A DNA stretch of 64,000 nt from an uncultured Thermoleophilia bacterium (GTDB lineage Bacteria; Actinomycetota; Thermoleophilia; Gaiellales; Gaiellaceae). The position numbers and the translations under genes are program-made. The notes beneath the pieces are model-generated. The model saw nothing but the letters and a program-made list of their open reading frames with translations. It made no database searches and was not told where the DNA came from. Positions 27,943 through 38,561 of the stretch are shown here, piece by piece. Each line of letters begins with the position of its first letter. The first letter of the stretch is position 1. Location of the stretch: assembly GCA_963756835.1 (NCBI GenBank), contig CAVWPE010000001.1:128094-192093 (forward strand), written 5' to 3'.

Positions 27943-29907
27943 ATGCGCACGAGACCGGGTGATCGCGGACGTCGGTCTCGCCGGTCGACGCTCGCGCTGT
28001 CGTTCGCCGTCGTCGTCGTATCCGCCGCCTGGATCTCATGTATCGGCACCTCGGGGGAGGCTCCGGACGGTCTTCCGAGCCCCCGTTCCGGAGAAGCTGC
28101 TCCGATCGACGCGTCTTCAGCGTCGACCATTCTCGCTGCCGTGCCGCTGAGTGGAACGGCCCCGGCGCGATCTGCCGACTGTGGCGCGGACGGTCTGACG
28201 TGCACCGAGGTCGTCGTCCCGCTCGATCGCTCCGGAGCCGTCCCCGGCTCGATCACCCTGCACGTCGAGTCGGTGGCTGCGGAGGGCGCCGAGCGCGGTG
28301 TGATGATGCTGATCGCAGGCGGCCCCGGGCAGGGATCGGCAAGCGTGTTCGGGCTCGAGGACAAGGACAGCGTGGCGCTGTTCCGCGCGCTGTTTCCGGG
28401 ATACCGGATCGTGGCGTTCGACAACCGTGGCACGGGCAAGTCCGGGTTGCTGAACTGCCCCGCGCTCCAGCGGTCGACCGGGTTTGCCGGGCAGGAGACG
28501 ATAGCACGCTCCTGTGCTGCGTCGATCGGCGCGAACCGGGACTTCTACAGCACGAGCGACCACGCCGACGACATCGATTCCGTTCGTGCCGCGCTCGGCG
28601 TCGACAGGCTCGCGATGTGGGGCGTCTCGTACGGGACGAAGCTCGCCCTCGCCTACGCTCTCGCGTATCCATCCCACGTCGACCGGATCCTGCTCGACTC
28701 CGTCCTTCCGACGGAGTACCCCGACCCGTTCCAGGCCAACGTCCTGCGCGACATCCCGCGGGCGCTCGCGAACTACTGTGGCTCCAGCGCGTGCCGTGCC
28801 GCCACACGCGACTACGCGCGCGACGTGACGGCAGTCGCGAATGCGCTGGCCGCTCGCCCTGCGGTCGGAGCGATCCGGCGCCCAGCTGGTGGCACGCGCA
28901 AGGTGAGGGTCGGTGGCCTCGACGCTCTCTCCGTGCTCGTCGAATCCGACCTGAACCCGGGCCTCGCCGCGCTCCTTCCAGCCGCGTTCCACGCCGCACG
29001 CTCGGGTGATCGGCGCCCCCTGCTCCGTCTGCACGACCTCAACGTCGCCGGCTCAGGGTCGTCGGCCGAGGAGCTCAGCGCCGGCCTCAACGCGGCGACG
29101 AACTGCGTGGACGGCCGTTTCCCGTGGGATGGTGCGACGCCGGTCGCTGAGCGCCGCGCGCGCTACGCTGCCGCCGTCGCGGAGTTGCCGTCCGGGTCCC
29201 TCGGGGGGTTCGGCCGATGGGCTGCCGACCTCGGCGTCGCGAGCTTCTGTCTCGAGTGGCCGAGTCCCGCCCGACCCATTCCGACCCTCGGGTCAGGGCC
29301 TCTCCCGAATGTACCGGTGCTCGCGATCAACGGCGGCTACGACATGCGGACGCCGACGGCGAGCGCAATCGATGTGATCTCGAAGTTCCCGCAAGGCCAG
29401 TTGCTCGTCGTTCCGGCAGTTGGTCACAGCGTCGTCACCGCCGATCAATCGATTTGCGCGCTTCGCGCGGTCCGGACGTGGATCGACGGTCGCAAGGTGC
29501 CGGCGACCTGCGCGAGAGCGCCGTTCATCATCCCGCCGACTGCGGCCTACCCCTCGGCCGCGCGTTCGCCTCGGCCTCTCACGCCTCGAGGAACTCTCGC
29601 TCTTGCCCGCCGGACCATTCACGAGGCGTCTGCCGTCTGGCTCGCGAGCGGTCTCGGCGCGGGTAAGCCCGTGGCGGGACTGACGTCGGGGCGCCTGGTC
29701 GTCGGGGCGAAGAGGTCGTTCAGGCTGGATCATTACGGCATCGCCGAGGGTATCGAGTTGACGGGACGGCTCGCGGTCGTCGGGGACGGCCTGCCGCTCG
29801 CGTTCGAGGGCGAGGTCGCCGTCTCGGGGAGCCGGGCGGCCCGCGGGACCCTGCGCCTCGAGAAGGGTGCTCTGTCGGGCTCGCTCGGCGGTGTGCCCGT
29901 AGCATAG
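27943..29907 (+). CDS. Secreted TAP-like (tripeptidyl peptidase) alpha/beta hydrolase
   Basis: VPLDR, GGPGQ, DNRGTGKS, GVSYGT, DMRTP, GHS. Confidence 0.85.
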   Translation: MRTRPGDRGRRSRRSTLALSFAVVVVSAAWISCIGTSGEAPDGLPSPRSGEAAPIDASSASTILAAVPLSGTAPARSADCGADGLTCTEVVVPLDRSGAVPGSITLHVESVAAEGAERGVMMLIAGGPGQGSASVFGLEDKDSVALFRALFPGYRIVAFDNRGTGKSGLLNCPALQRSTGFAGQETIARSCAASIGANRDFYSTSDHADDIDSVRAALGVDRLAMWGVSYGTKLALAYALAYPSHVDRILLDSVLPTEYPDPFQANVLRDIPRALANYCGSSACRAATRDYARDVTAVANALAARPAVGAIRRPAGGTRKVRVGGLDALSVLVESDLNPGLAALLPAAFHAARSGDRRPLLRLHDLNVAGSGSSAEELSAGLNAATNCVDGRFPWDGATPVAERRARYAAAVAELPSGSLGGFGRWAADLGVASFCLEWPSPARPIPTLGSGPLPNVPVLAINGGYDMRTPTASAIDVISKFPQGQLLVVPAVGHSVVTADQSICALRAVRTWIDGRKVPATCARAPFIIPPTAAYPSAARSPRPLTPRGTLALARRTIHEASAVWLASGLGAGKPVAGLTSGRLVVGAKRSFRLDHYGIAEGIELTGRLAVVGDGLPLAFEGEVAVSGSRAARGTLRLEKGALSGSLGGVPVA

Positions 29908-30004
29908 GTCGCAGGCGGTGCGATCACAGCCCGCCGATCCAGGTGGTAGCGTCTCGCGACCGGTCGCGGGCCGTCGCGACCAATCTCGAGGAGAGGAGCG
30001 CTTC

Positions 30005-30931
30005 ATGCGCGCGTCCGGGTTCAAGCTTGGCCTGACGGGGGTCGCGGCGCTACTCGGGAGCCTCATCGTCGTGGCAGGCGCTGCCGGAGACTCGGCGTAC
30101 ACCGATCCCACCGGTGACGCGACGGGAGGAGCCCCGGATCTCACGCGCGTCGCCGTCTCCAACGACGCCACGGGGAAGCTCACGTTTGCACTGACGACAG
30201 CGGCTCCGATCACGGACGACTCGGTCGTGGGTGTCGACCTCGACACCGACAACAGCCCCGCGAACGGGCCCGAATACGAGCTCTTCGCCGGCGTCCGCGG
30301 TGCCGTGCTCGTGAAGTGGGACGGCTCACAGTACGTCCAGGTGACCGCGACCCTCGCGTACACCCGATCGGGGAACGTCGTCTCTCTCGGACTCGATCGC
30401 GCCGCGATCGGCAGCCCGACCCGATTCGGTCTCGTCGGCTTCTCGGTGCTGTTCAACGCGGAGGACGTGATCGTGGGCGAGGACAGCGCCCCGGACGGAG
30501 GCGCCTACACGTATTCGCTGACCTTTCCGCAGTGTGGCAACGGGAAGGACGACGACGGGGACGGGAAGGTGGATGCGGCCGACCTCGGCTGCTCGTCCGC
30601 CACCGACGACCTGGAGAGCGACGACCCGGTGAGCCTGCGTGCGGGGAAGGCCCGAGTCGCGCCGGCACGGCCGAAAGCGGGAGGGACGGCGGTCGTCACC
30701 GCCGCCGTGACGCGCCTCGAGACCGGTCGCGGGATCACGTCAGGACGCGTCAAGTGCGCCGGGCGCGCCGGGGTGAAGGCGCTTCGTGGCGCCGGCAGGG
30801 TCGCGGCCGGCAAGGCGTCCTGCACCTTCAGGCTCCCGGCGACGTCGAAGGGGCAGGTGGTGCGTGGCACGATCACCGTGACGCACCTCCGCAAGGCGAA
30901 GGTGGTGCCGTTCTCGTTCAGGGTCGGCTGA
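30005..30931 (+). CDS. Secreted hypothetical protein with Asp-rich Ca-binding-like Cys motif
   Basis: Signal peptide; DPTGD..APDL; QCGNGKDDDGDGKVDAADLGC; basic beta-rich C-terminus; GAGGAG RBS. Confidence 0.7.
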   Translation: MRASGFKLGLTGVAALLGSLIVVAGAAGDSAYTDPTGDATGGAPDLTRVAVSNDATGKLTFALTTAAPITDDSVVGVDLDTDNSPANGPEYELFAGVRGAVLVKWDGSQYVQVTATLAYTRSGNVVSLGLDRAAIGSPTRFGLVGFSVLFNAEDVIVGEDSAPDGGAYTYSLTFPQCGNGKDDDGDGKVDAADLGCSSATDDLESDDPVSLRAGKARVAPARPKAGGTAVVTAAVTRLETGRGITSGRVKCAGRAGVKALRGAGRVAAGKASCTFRLPATSKGQVVRGTITVTHLRKAKVVPFSFRVG

Positions 30932-31003
30932 GCGAATCGCCATCCGCCCGCCTCCGACACTTGGCCGGGCGGGAGTGGCGGGCGATGCGGTAGCTTCCGT
31001 GAA

Positions 31004-32701
31004 ATGGAAGCCACGCACGATGTGCTCGTGGTGGGTGCCGGATGCGCCGGGATGCGCGCGGCCATCGAAGCCCAGGATCGCGGCGCGAACGTGGGTGTCA
31101 TCTCGAAGCTGCACCCGACGCGTAGCCATTCCGGCGCGGCCGAGGGCGGCATCAACGCGGCGCTCGGGAACACGGCCGAGGACAGCCCCGAGAAGCATGC
31201 ATTCGACACGGTCAAGGGCTCCGACTACCTCGGCGACCAGGACGCGATCGAGATCTTCACGCGTGAGGCTCCGGACGACATCTACCAGCTCGAGCACTGG
31301 GGCGCCGTCTTCTCCCGGAACGCCGAGGGACGGCTCGACCAGCGGCCGTTCGGCGCGGCCGGCTCGCCGCGGACCGTCTACGCCGCCGACATCACGGGCC
31401 ACGTCCTGATCCAGGTGCTCTACGAGCAGCTGCAGCGGCGGATGGCGCAGGGCATGGTGGTGTACGAGGAATTCTTCGCCTTCCGTCTGGTCGTCGAGGA
31501 CGGACGCTGCACGGGAGTCATCTCGTGGGATCTGATGAACGGCGGCGTCAAGCTGATCACCGGCAAGTCCGTGATCCTTGCCACCGGGGGTGTCGGGCGG
31601 CTCTACCGGGCGACCACGAACGCCTATGCCTGCACCGGCGACGGAATGTCGATGGCGCTCCGCGAGGGACTGCCGCTGAAGGACATCGAGTTCATGCAGT
31701 TTCATCCGACGACGATGTACCCGAGCGGGATCCTGATCACCGAGGGCTGCCGCGGCGAGGGCGGCTACCTCATCAACAAGGACGGCGAGCGGTTCATGCA
31801 GCGCTACGCGCCGAACGCGCTCGAGCTCGCTTCACGTGACGTCGTCTCTCGGTCGGAGACGACCGAGATCGAGGCGGGACGCGGTGTCAACGGGTCGGTC
31901 TATCTCGACCTTCGCCACCTCGGGCCGGAGAAGATCCTCACGAAGTTGCCGGGCTCGCGGGAGCTCGCGATGACGTATGCCGGTGTCGACCCGATCTACG
32001 CGCCGATCCCGGTGCGACCCGGTGCTCACTACCACATGGGCGGCGTGGCGACCGACGAGTGGGGGCTCACCGAGCTGGAAGGCCTCTACGCCGCCGGTGA
32101 GGTCGCCTGTGTCTCCGTCCATGGAGCGAACCGCCTCGGCGGGAACTCGTTGATGGAGACGATCACCTTCGGTCGTCGCTCCGGACAGGCCGCCGCAGAG
32201 TACGCACTCGGTGCACCGGGCCCTGGGAGTGGTGGTGAAGCGGCGCGAGCCGATGCCGAGAAATGGGTGGGGTCCTTGCTCGGAAACACGACGGGGGAGC
32301 GCCCATGGGCGATCCGAGACGAGCTCGGCCAGTCGATGCTCGACAACTTCGGTGTCTTCCGGCGCCCCGAGAAGATGGAGAAGCAGGTGCAGGTCATCGC
32401 CGAGCTTCGTGAGCGCTACGACCGCGGTGTCGTGATCGAGGACAAGGGCGACGTCTTCAACAACGACTTGACGCAGGCGATCGAGCTGGGATACCTGCTG
32501 GATATCGCCTCGTGCATGCTCCAGGCCGGGAGCGCCCGCAAGGAGAGCAGGGGTGCGCACTCGCGGCCGTACGACTTCCCCGACCGGGACGACGAGCACT
32601 TCCTCAAGCACTCGATCACACGGTGGAAGGGCGATGGCCCCGAGCTCACGTACGCTGAGGTCAGGATGACCCAGTGGGAGCCGATGGAGAGGAAGTACTG
32701 A
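31004..32701 (+). CDS. sdhA: Succinate dehydrogenase/fumarate reductase flavoprotein
   Basis: [18 protein letters not shown] (FAD-His), [38 protein letters not shown]. Confidence 0.96.
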   Translation: MEATHDVLVVGAGCAGMRAAIEAQDRGANVGVISKLHPTRSHSGAAEGGINAALGNTAEDSPEKHAFDTVKGSDYLGDQDAIEIFTREAPDDIYQLEHWGAVFSRNAEGRLDQRPFGAAGSPRTVYAADITGHVLIQVLYEQLQRRMAQGMVVYEEFFAFRLVVEDGRCTGVISWDLMNGGVKLITGKSVILATGGVGRLYRATTNAYACTGDGMSMALREGLPLKDIEFMQFHPTTMYPSGILITEGCRGEGGYLINKDGERFMQRYAPNALELASRDVVSRSETTEIEAGRGVNGSVYLDLRHLGPEKILTKLPGSRELAMTYAGVDPIYAPIPVRPGAHYHMGGVATDEWGLTELEGLYAAGEVACVSVHGANRLGGNSLMETITFGRRSGQAAAEYALGAPGPGSGGEAARADAEKWVGSLLGNTTGERPWAIRDELGQSMLDNFGVFRRPEKMEKQVQVIAELRERYDRGVVIEDKGDVFNNDLTQAIELGYLLDIASCMLQAGSARKESRGAHSRPYDFPDRDDEHFLKHSITRWKGDGPELTYAEVRMTQWEPMERKY

Positions 32702-33804
32702 TGCAGGTTGGCCTGAAGATCTGGCGTTACGACTCGAAGACCGGCGACCGCGCGCTCCGCGAGTACGAGGTCGACGCGCCCGAGGAGGCGACGCTGCTCG
32801 ACTGCCTCGATCTCGTCAAGGACAAGCACGACGGGTCGCTCTCCTACAGGAAGAGCTGCCGCATGATGATCTGCGGGTCGTGCGGCATGCGGATGGACGG
32901 TGGCGCGGTCCTGGCGTGCAAGGTGAGGATGTACGACATCGCGCAAGAGGGCCGCGTGCCCGTCATCTCCGCGATGGGCAACCTGCCGATCGTGAAGGAC
33001 CTCGTCGTCGACATGGATCCCTTCTGGGACAAGATGCGGTCCGTCGACCCGTACCTGCAGCCCCGCTACGACCAGGCGCAGGAGCGCGAGAACGTCATCT
33101 CGCAATCGCAGATGGATGTCATCCACAAGGAGTCGCTGTGCATCAACTGCGGCTGCTGCGTCTCCGAGTGCAACTCGATGGAGTCGGATCCGGACTTCCT
33201 CGGACCGGCTGCGCTGGCCAAGGGCATGCGCTTCGTGGGAGACCCGCGCGACGGAGCGACGATCGAGCGGCTCGAGAAGTACTCCGAGCCCCATGGTCTC
33301 TGGGACTGCACCCGCTGCTACTTCTGCAGCGAGCGTTGCCCGAAGGGCGTCGACCCCCGCGATGCGATCGCAAAGCTCGGCGCCGAGGCGATGAAGAACG
33401 GGATCGACCGGGACATGGGCGCGAAGCACGCCAAGTGGTTCGTGACCTCCGCCAAGACCACCGGTTGGCTACGCGAGACGGAGCTCGTCCCGAAGACCCA
33501 GGGCATCGTGTCGTCGATCAAGGAGATGAAGTTCGCAATGGGCCTCGCCGTGAAGGGCAAGGTGCCGCCGCCGTTTCCCCCGCACGTCGCCGCGGAGGTC
33601 CACGAGTCGCGCGCGCTGTTCGACCTCGTGAAGACCCAGGGGCGGGACGGCGCGGCCGGAATCGTTCAGGGGGAGAGAGCACTCGGCCGGATCGAGGCGC
33701 ACCACGAGGCCTCCGGCGGGCGGGATCCGTACGACGAGGCCGATTCCGCTCCGCGGCCGTATCTGCCGAGTGAGCGCGAGGCGACCGAGGGGGTCACACA
33801 GTGA
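32701..33804 (+). CDS. sdhB: SDH/FRD iron-sulfur subunit with C-terminal extension
   Basis: SCRMMICGSC, CINCGCCVSEC, CTRCYFCSERCP. Confidence 0.93.
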   Translation: MQVGLKIWRYDSKTGDRALREYEVDAPEEATLLDCLDLVKDKHDGSLSYRKSCRMMICGSCGMRMDGGAVLACKVRMYDIAQEGRVPVISAMGNLPIVKDLVVDMDPFWDKMRSVDPYLQPRYDQAQERENVISQSQMDVIHKESLCINCGCCVSECNSMESDPDFLGPAALAKGMRFVGDPRDGATIERLEKYSEPHGLWDCTRCYFCSERCPKGVDPRDAIAKLGAEAMKNGIDRDMGAKHAKWFVTSAKTTGWLRETELVPKTQGIVSSIKEMKFAMGLAVKGKVPPPFPPHVAAEVHESRALFDLVKTQGRDGAAGIVQGERALGRIEAHHEASGGRDPYDEADSAPRPYLPSEREATEGVTQ

Positions 33805-34682
33805 AGAAGCTTGCGTACTACAAGGGCTGCCTGGCCTCTCTCTCCGCCAAGGAGCTCGACATCTCCACGCAGGCGCTCGCGCCGAAGGTGGGCTATGAGC
33901 TGGTCGAGCTCGAGTCCGTCACATGCTGCGGCGCCGGCGACATCCACGAGGCAGAGCCCGATTACTACCTGCACCTCAATGCGCGCATCCTCTCGTATGC
34001 CGAGTCGACCGGCTGCGACACGTTGATGACCGTGTGCAACGTCTGCACCCTCAACCTCCGCCAGGCGAACCACCAGCTGCAGATCGACGACGACTTGCGC
34101 CAGCGGGTGAACGACAACCTCGAGCAGGTCGGCGTGCCGCGCTACTCGGGCAAGGTCGAGGTGAAGCACTTCCTCTGGCTGATCGCGGGCGAGTCGTTCG
34201 GGGAGCTGCAGACGGTCGCCCACAAGGGGCTGAAGGGACTCAAGATCGCGCCGTTCTACGGCTGCCAGATCCTCCGTCCCTCCAAGCTGATGGGCTTCGA
34301 GGATCCCGACAAGCCGAGCTCGCTCGAGCGCATCATCGAAGCCTGCGGCGGCGAGGCGGTCGACTACCCGGCGAAGATCAAGTGCTGCGGCTTTCCCATC
34401 ATCCAGGCACGGGAGGAGACCGCGCTCGCCGAGCTGATCCAGCCGATCGAGCAGGCGATGGAGGCGGGTGCGGACGCCATGGTGACGCCGTGCCCCCTCT
34501 GCCACCTCTCACTCGACGCCTGGCAGTCGAAGCTGAAGAAGCAGACGGGTCGGGACTTCGCGATGCCGATCCTCCACCTCTCCCAGCTCGTCGGCGTGGC
34601 CGCCGGACTGACCGACTCGGAGCTGAAGTTCCGCCGGCACGTGGTCTCGGTCGACCCGGTGATCGAGAAGCTGTCGGTCTAG
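33801..34682 (+). CDS. HdrB-like CCG-domain subunit (SdhE of type E SDH)
   Basis: YYKGC, TCCGAG, CNVC, FYGC, KCCG, PCPLC, PILHLSQL. Confidence 0.9.
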   Translation: MKKLAYYKGCLASLSAKELDISTQALAPKVGYELVELESVTCCGAGDIHEAEPDYYLHLNARILSYAESTGCDTLMTVCNVCTLNLRQANHQLQIDDDLRQRVNDNLEQVGVPRYSGKVEVKHFLWLIAGESFGELQTVAHKGLKGLKIAPFYGCQILRPSKLMGFEDPDKPSSLERIIEACGGEAVDYPAKIKCCGFPIIQAREETALAELIQPIEQAMEAGADAMVTPCPLCHLSLDAWQSKLKKQTGRDFAMPILHLSQLVGVAAGLTDSELKFRRHVVSVDPVIEKLSV

Positions 34683-34748
34683 GCCGGTGGTGCCGGTGAC
34701 AGGCTTCAGCCTGTCGTCCGGGGTTCGTCGCTCGCGCTGCGTCGCGCG

Positions 34749-35582
34749 ATGACCTGGCCGGCCGCTCTCGTCCTGCTCGCGGCAGCCCTTCTCGCCTGGG
34801 GGCTGTTCGAGGCCGGATGGCTACGGTGCCGCGTGCTCGATGTCGAGATCGAGGGATTGCCGGAGGAGCTCGACGGCGTGCGGATCGCGCATCTCTCCGA
34901 CTTCCACCTCGGCGTCCGCTCCCGCGGCAGGATCGCCACCGAGAGGGCGGTCGCCTGGGTCGCAGGCCGCCGGCCGGATCTCGTCTGCGTCACCGGGGAT
35001 CTCGTCTCGAGCCCCCGGGGCGTCGCGCCGCTCGTCCGGTTGCTCTCGATGCTCCACCAACCGTACGTCGTGCTCGGGAATCATGATGTCGCGACGACGC
35101 GAGACCCGTTCTCGCGCCCCGGCGATCTCGAGCAGCTCGGCGACGTCGCGGCCGTGCTCGGAGACGAGAGCGTCGTGCTCGAGCTGTCCGGCCGCCGGGT
35201 GCAGCTCGTCGGCGTCGACCCGCAGACGTACACGGCGCGATCTGCTCGACCGTGGGAACGCACCGACCCCACGGCGGACCTCCGGATTCTCCTCTGTCAC
35301 TTCCCCGGCATCGAGCGTTCCCTGCCCGCGGGGTCATTCGACCTCGTCCTCGCCGGTCATCTCCACGCCGGCCAGATCGTCCTTCCGACCCCGCGCGGCC
35401 GCGTCTCGCTGGCGCACCCGGGCATCCGTTTCGTGGCCGGCCTCGTCGCGTCGCAGGGAGTCGTGATGCACATCTCGCCCGGCACCGGCACGACATTCGT
35501 GCCGCTCCGATTCCTCGCCCGTCCGGAGGTGACGGAGCTCGTGCTGCGCCGGACATCGCCGCGAGTGCAACAATCGACGTGA
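34749..35582 (+). CDS. Calcineurin-like metallophosphoesterase (YkuE-like)
   Basis: SDFH, TGDL, GNHD, CH, GHLHAGQ, RPEV. Confidence 0.9.
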   Translation: MTWPAALVLLAAALLAWGLFEAGWLRCRVLDVEIEGLPEELDGVRIAHLSDFHLGVRSRGRIATERAVAWVAGRRPDLVCVTGDLVSSPRGVAPLVRLLSMLHQPYVVLGNHDVATTRDPFSRPGDLEQLGDVAAVLGDESVVLELSGRRVQLVGVDPQTYTARSARPWERTDPTADLRILLCHFPGIERSLPAGSFDLVLAGHLHAGQIVLPTPRGRVSLAHPGIRFVAGLVASQGVVMHISPGTGTTFVPLRFLARPEVTELVLRRTSPRVQQST

Positions 35583-35902
35583 TGGAAGGGCACTCGGTCA
35601 TCTCCGCGGACATCCTGGCCAGCTACGCGGCAGATGCGGCGCTCGGCATCGACGGCGTCCGGGGCATGGTGGAAGGGCCGCGGATGCGACACGGCGGAGT
35701 GAGGATCACGGCCGAGGACGATGTGGTCGGGGTGGAGCTCCATCTGGCGGTCGAGTGGGGGGCCAACGTTCCCGAGGTCGGCCGTGCAGTGCAGGCTCGC
35801 GTGTCCGAGTACCTCGCCAGGATGGCGGCACTGACGCCCGTAACCGTCGATGTCATCGTGGACGACATCGGCCCGCCGCCGGAAGCCCTTTCGCTGCCGT
35901 GA
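35582..35902 (+). CDS. Asp23/Gls24 family protein
   Basis: IS..IL..YA..AAL.IDGV, GV.I, EWGANVPEVGRAVQ.RV, VDVIVDDI. Confidence 0.88.
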   Translation: MEGHSVISADILASYAADAALGIDGVRGMVEGPRMRHGGVRITAEDDVVGVELHLAVEWGANVPEVGRAVQARVSEYLARMAALTPVTVDVIVDDIGPPPEALSLP

Positions 35903-36525
35903 CGGCCCGCCTTGCCGGGCTCACGCGCGGAACGCTCGCAACGTCCCCTTCGGTGTGTCGGGACTGCGTCTGGTGGCAGTCGCGCGGGAACAGGACGGCG
36001 TCGAAGGAGCGCTGGATCGACCGTGTCGAGGAGGAGGCCGGCGAGTGGGGGACGATCTACTACGACGACGACGGATCGGTGCTCGGTTCGATGCAGTACG
36101 GGCCGACGGGGTACTTCCCGCGGGCCGCCGATCTTCCGGCGGGCCCGCCGTCAGACGACGCGGTTCTCGTGACGTGCGTCTTTCTCGTCGGTCGCGGTAT
36201 CGAGTGGGTGGAGAAGTCCCTTCTCCTCGCCGCGATCGGCGAGGCGCGCGATCAGGGCGCGAAGGCACTCGAGGCGTTCGCCTATCGCTATCCCGAGCGT
36301 GAGCGAGGCATCGAGAGACAGCTCGTTCATCGGACGGTGTTTCCCCGCGACTTCCTGGAAGAGTTCGGATTCGCGACGCTGCGCTCGCAGGGCCGGGTCG
36401 AGTTGTGTCGCCTCGAGCTTCCGGGTCTCGCGCCGATCGAAGAAGGTCGCCGGGCACGGGTGCTTCGCGTCGCCCAGGAAGCGTTCTCTCCGTCGGCGGT
36501 ACCCCTTCCACCGGCGCCCTCCTGA
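35899..36525 (+). CDS. GNAT-like hypothetical protein
   Basis: CRDCVWWQ, KERW, QYGP..YFPRA, PSDDAVLVTC, ALEAF. Confidence 0.7.
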   Translation: MTARLAGLTRGTLATSPSVCRDCVWWQSRGNRTASKERWIDRVEEEAGEWGTIYYDDDGSVLGSMQYGPTGYFPRAADLPAGPPSDDAVLVTCVFLVGRGIEWVEKSLLLAAIGEARDQGAKALEAFAYRYPERERGIERQLVHRTVFPRDFLEEFGFATLRSQGRVELCRLELPGLAPIEEGRRARVLRVAQEAFSPSAVPLPPAPS

Positions 36526-36614
36526 CGGGCCAGAAGTCGGGAGCGCCGCGAGCCAAAGCGGCGTAGCGAGAGGATGGAGGCCTGCCCCGGTGCCCTAATG
36601 CCTAGGATTCGGCC

Positions 36615-37640
36615 ATGGACGACGGGACGCCCACGGACGGAGGAGGATCGCCGGGCGGGATCGGGCGAATCTCGATCGTCGCACCCATGCTCAACGAGGC
36701 GCGGCACATCGAGGACTTCATAGCCGATGTCGCTGCACAGGACGTCGCCGTCCCGGTCGAGCTCATCGTCGCGGACGGCGGCTCCGACGACGGATCGGTC
36801 GCGCTGATCCAGACGTTCGCCGCACATGAGGGTGTCGGCCTCACGGTCGTCGAGAATCCCGACCGTCACGTCTCTGCCGGCCTCAACCTGTGTATCGCTC
36901 GTGCAGGTGGCGACCTCATCGTGCGGATGGATTGCCATTCTCGCTACCCGCCCGACTACCTACGGCGTCTCGCGGTCGCATCCGAGGAGACCGGTGCCTG
37001 GAATGTCGGCGGCGTCGTCGTCGCCGAAGGAGACACACCCTGGGAGAGAGCGGTTGCGACGGCGATGTCCAGCCCTTTCGGCGGCATCGGGTGGACGCTG
37101 AGCGGGGGCACCGGAGCGCGGTTCGAGACGGATACGGTCACGTTTGGTGCGTTCCGGCCGGTTGCGTTCGACGTCGCCGGGCTTTTCGACGAGCGGTTCG
37201 TGCGCAACCAGGACGACGAGTTCAACCTACGCCTGCGCCTCAACGGCGGGTCGATCGTGCTCGACCCGGCGATCGAGGTCCGCTACCGACCGCGAGGCTC
37301 GCTGCGTTCGGTCTTCAGGCAGTACTTCGAGTACGGCTACTGGAAGATCGCAGTCATGCGCAAGCACAGGCGTGTCCTCACCGCCCGTAGCCTGGCGCCG
37401 GCCGCGTTTGTCGTCTCCCTTGCGGCGCTGGGTATCGCCGCGCTGCCCTTCCGCGCACCCAGGGCGGCACTCGGGGCCGAGCTCGCTGTCTATCTCGGGG
37501 CGAGCTCCGTCGCGGCGGTTGCCGCCACCCGGCGCCGCGGAGAGTCACTCTCGAGTGCCGGGAGGGTCATGCTCGTGTTCCCCGCGTTTCACGTCGGGTA
37601 CGGCGTCGGGATGGTCGTCGGTTTCGTTCGCCTGTCGTGA
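36615..37640 (+). CDS. Glycosyltransferase family 2 (ExoA-like)
   Basis: PMLNEA, DGGSDDGS, RMDCHS, RNQDDEFNLR, QYFEYG, C-terminal TMs. Confidence 0.92.
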   Translation: MDDGTPTDGGGSPGGIGRISIVAPMLNEARHIEDFIADVAAQDVAVPVELIVADGGSDDGSVALIQTFAAHEGVGLTVVENPDRHVSAGLNLCIARAGGDLIVRMDCHSRYPPDYLRRLAVASEETGAWNVGGVVVAEGDTPWERAVATAMSSPFGGIGWTLSGGTGARFETDTVTFGAFRPVAFDVAGLFDERFVRNQDDEFNLRLRLNGGSIVLDPAIEVRYRPRGSLRSVFRQYFEYGYWKIAVMRKHRRVLTARSLAPAAFVVSLAALGIAALPFRAPRAALGAELAVYLGASSVAAVAATRRRGESLSSAGRVMLVFPAFHVGYGVGMVVGFVRLS

Positions 37641-37715
37641 GGCGGCTCCGGAGAGGATGCTCCTTCACGCGCTGAGCAACGAGTCGTCGCCGCGGACCGA
37701 CGGCACACGCGGCGA

Positions 37716-38561
37716 TCAGTGGCAGCGCCCCGTGCCGGCGTCGCCGAACGTCCCGCCGTCCACCGGCACGAACCGCCAGTCGTAGCCGGTTGGCCGAAGC
37801 GTCATCCTGAGGATGCCGTAGCCGCTCGAGCTCCGCACGATGCTCCCGGCACGTGGGAACAGGGTCGGGTAGAGGCCTGCGCCGCCGGTTCCGACGACGA
37901 ACGAGCGAATGCCTCCGATCCGCGCGAAGCGCTCGTAGTCGTGATCGTGGCCGGCGAGGACGACATCGGCTCCGGCGCGTGCGAGCAGGCCCCAGAGCGG
38001 AGCGATCTCGACGTTCGACCCATGGGGGCCCGAGCTGAAGCGCGGATGGTGCCAGTAGGCGAGCGTGCAGCGGTTTCCGTACGCGGCGAGGTCGGCCTGC
38101 AGCCACCGCCACTGCGGCGAATCGCGGCCACAGCCTCCGACCCTGTCGCAGTTCGAGTTCAGGACGATCACGTGCCACGCCCCGATCGAGTAGCTGTACC
38201 AACCGTTCCGGGGCAGCGCGAACGTGCGGATGGCCGCAGCTGCGGTCCCGGTGCCGTACTCGTGGTTGCCGAGCGCGGCACGTATCCGGGGGACGAGAGC
38301 TCCCCAGGACGGGTCGAAGCAGTTGGCGAAATCGTCCGCGCTTCCCACGTCGTAGGCGATGTCTCCCAGCACCGCGATCGTGCCGGGAAGCCGCTTCGCG
38401 AGCGCGGCAGTCTGCTCGTCTCCCGTGTAGGAGCACGACGCGATGTCGCCGACTGCGAGGAGCGTGCGTGTCGGCGCCGCACTGCCTGCCCCGTCTGCGA
38501 GCAGCACGGCCGCCACGAGGCCGGCGACGGCGACCGCGAGGTTTCTACGCGGTCGGGACAC
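37716..38561 (-). CDS. Secreted metallophosphoesterase (purple acid/alkaline phosphatase-like)
   Basis: Signal peptide; GDIA, GDIAY, GNHEY, WHHP, GHDHDYER. Confidence 0.9.
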   Translation of the reverse strand: MSRPRRNLAVAVAGLVAAVLLADGAGSAAPTRTLLAVGDIASCSYTGDEQTAALAKRLPGTIAVLGDIAYDVGSADDFANCFDPSWGALVPRIRAALGNHEYGTGTAAAAIRTFALPRNGWYSYSIGAWHVIVLNSNCDRVGGCGRDSPQWRWLQADLAAYGNRCTLAYWHHPRFSSGPHGSNVEIAPLWGLLARAGADVVLAGHDHDYERFARIGGIRSFVVGTGGAGLYPTLFPRAGSIVRSSSGYGILRMTLRPTGYDWRFVPVDGGTFGDAGTGRCH

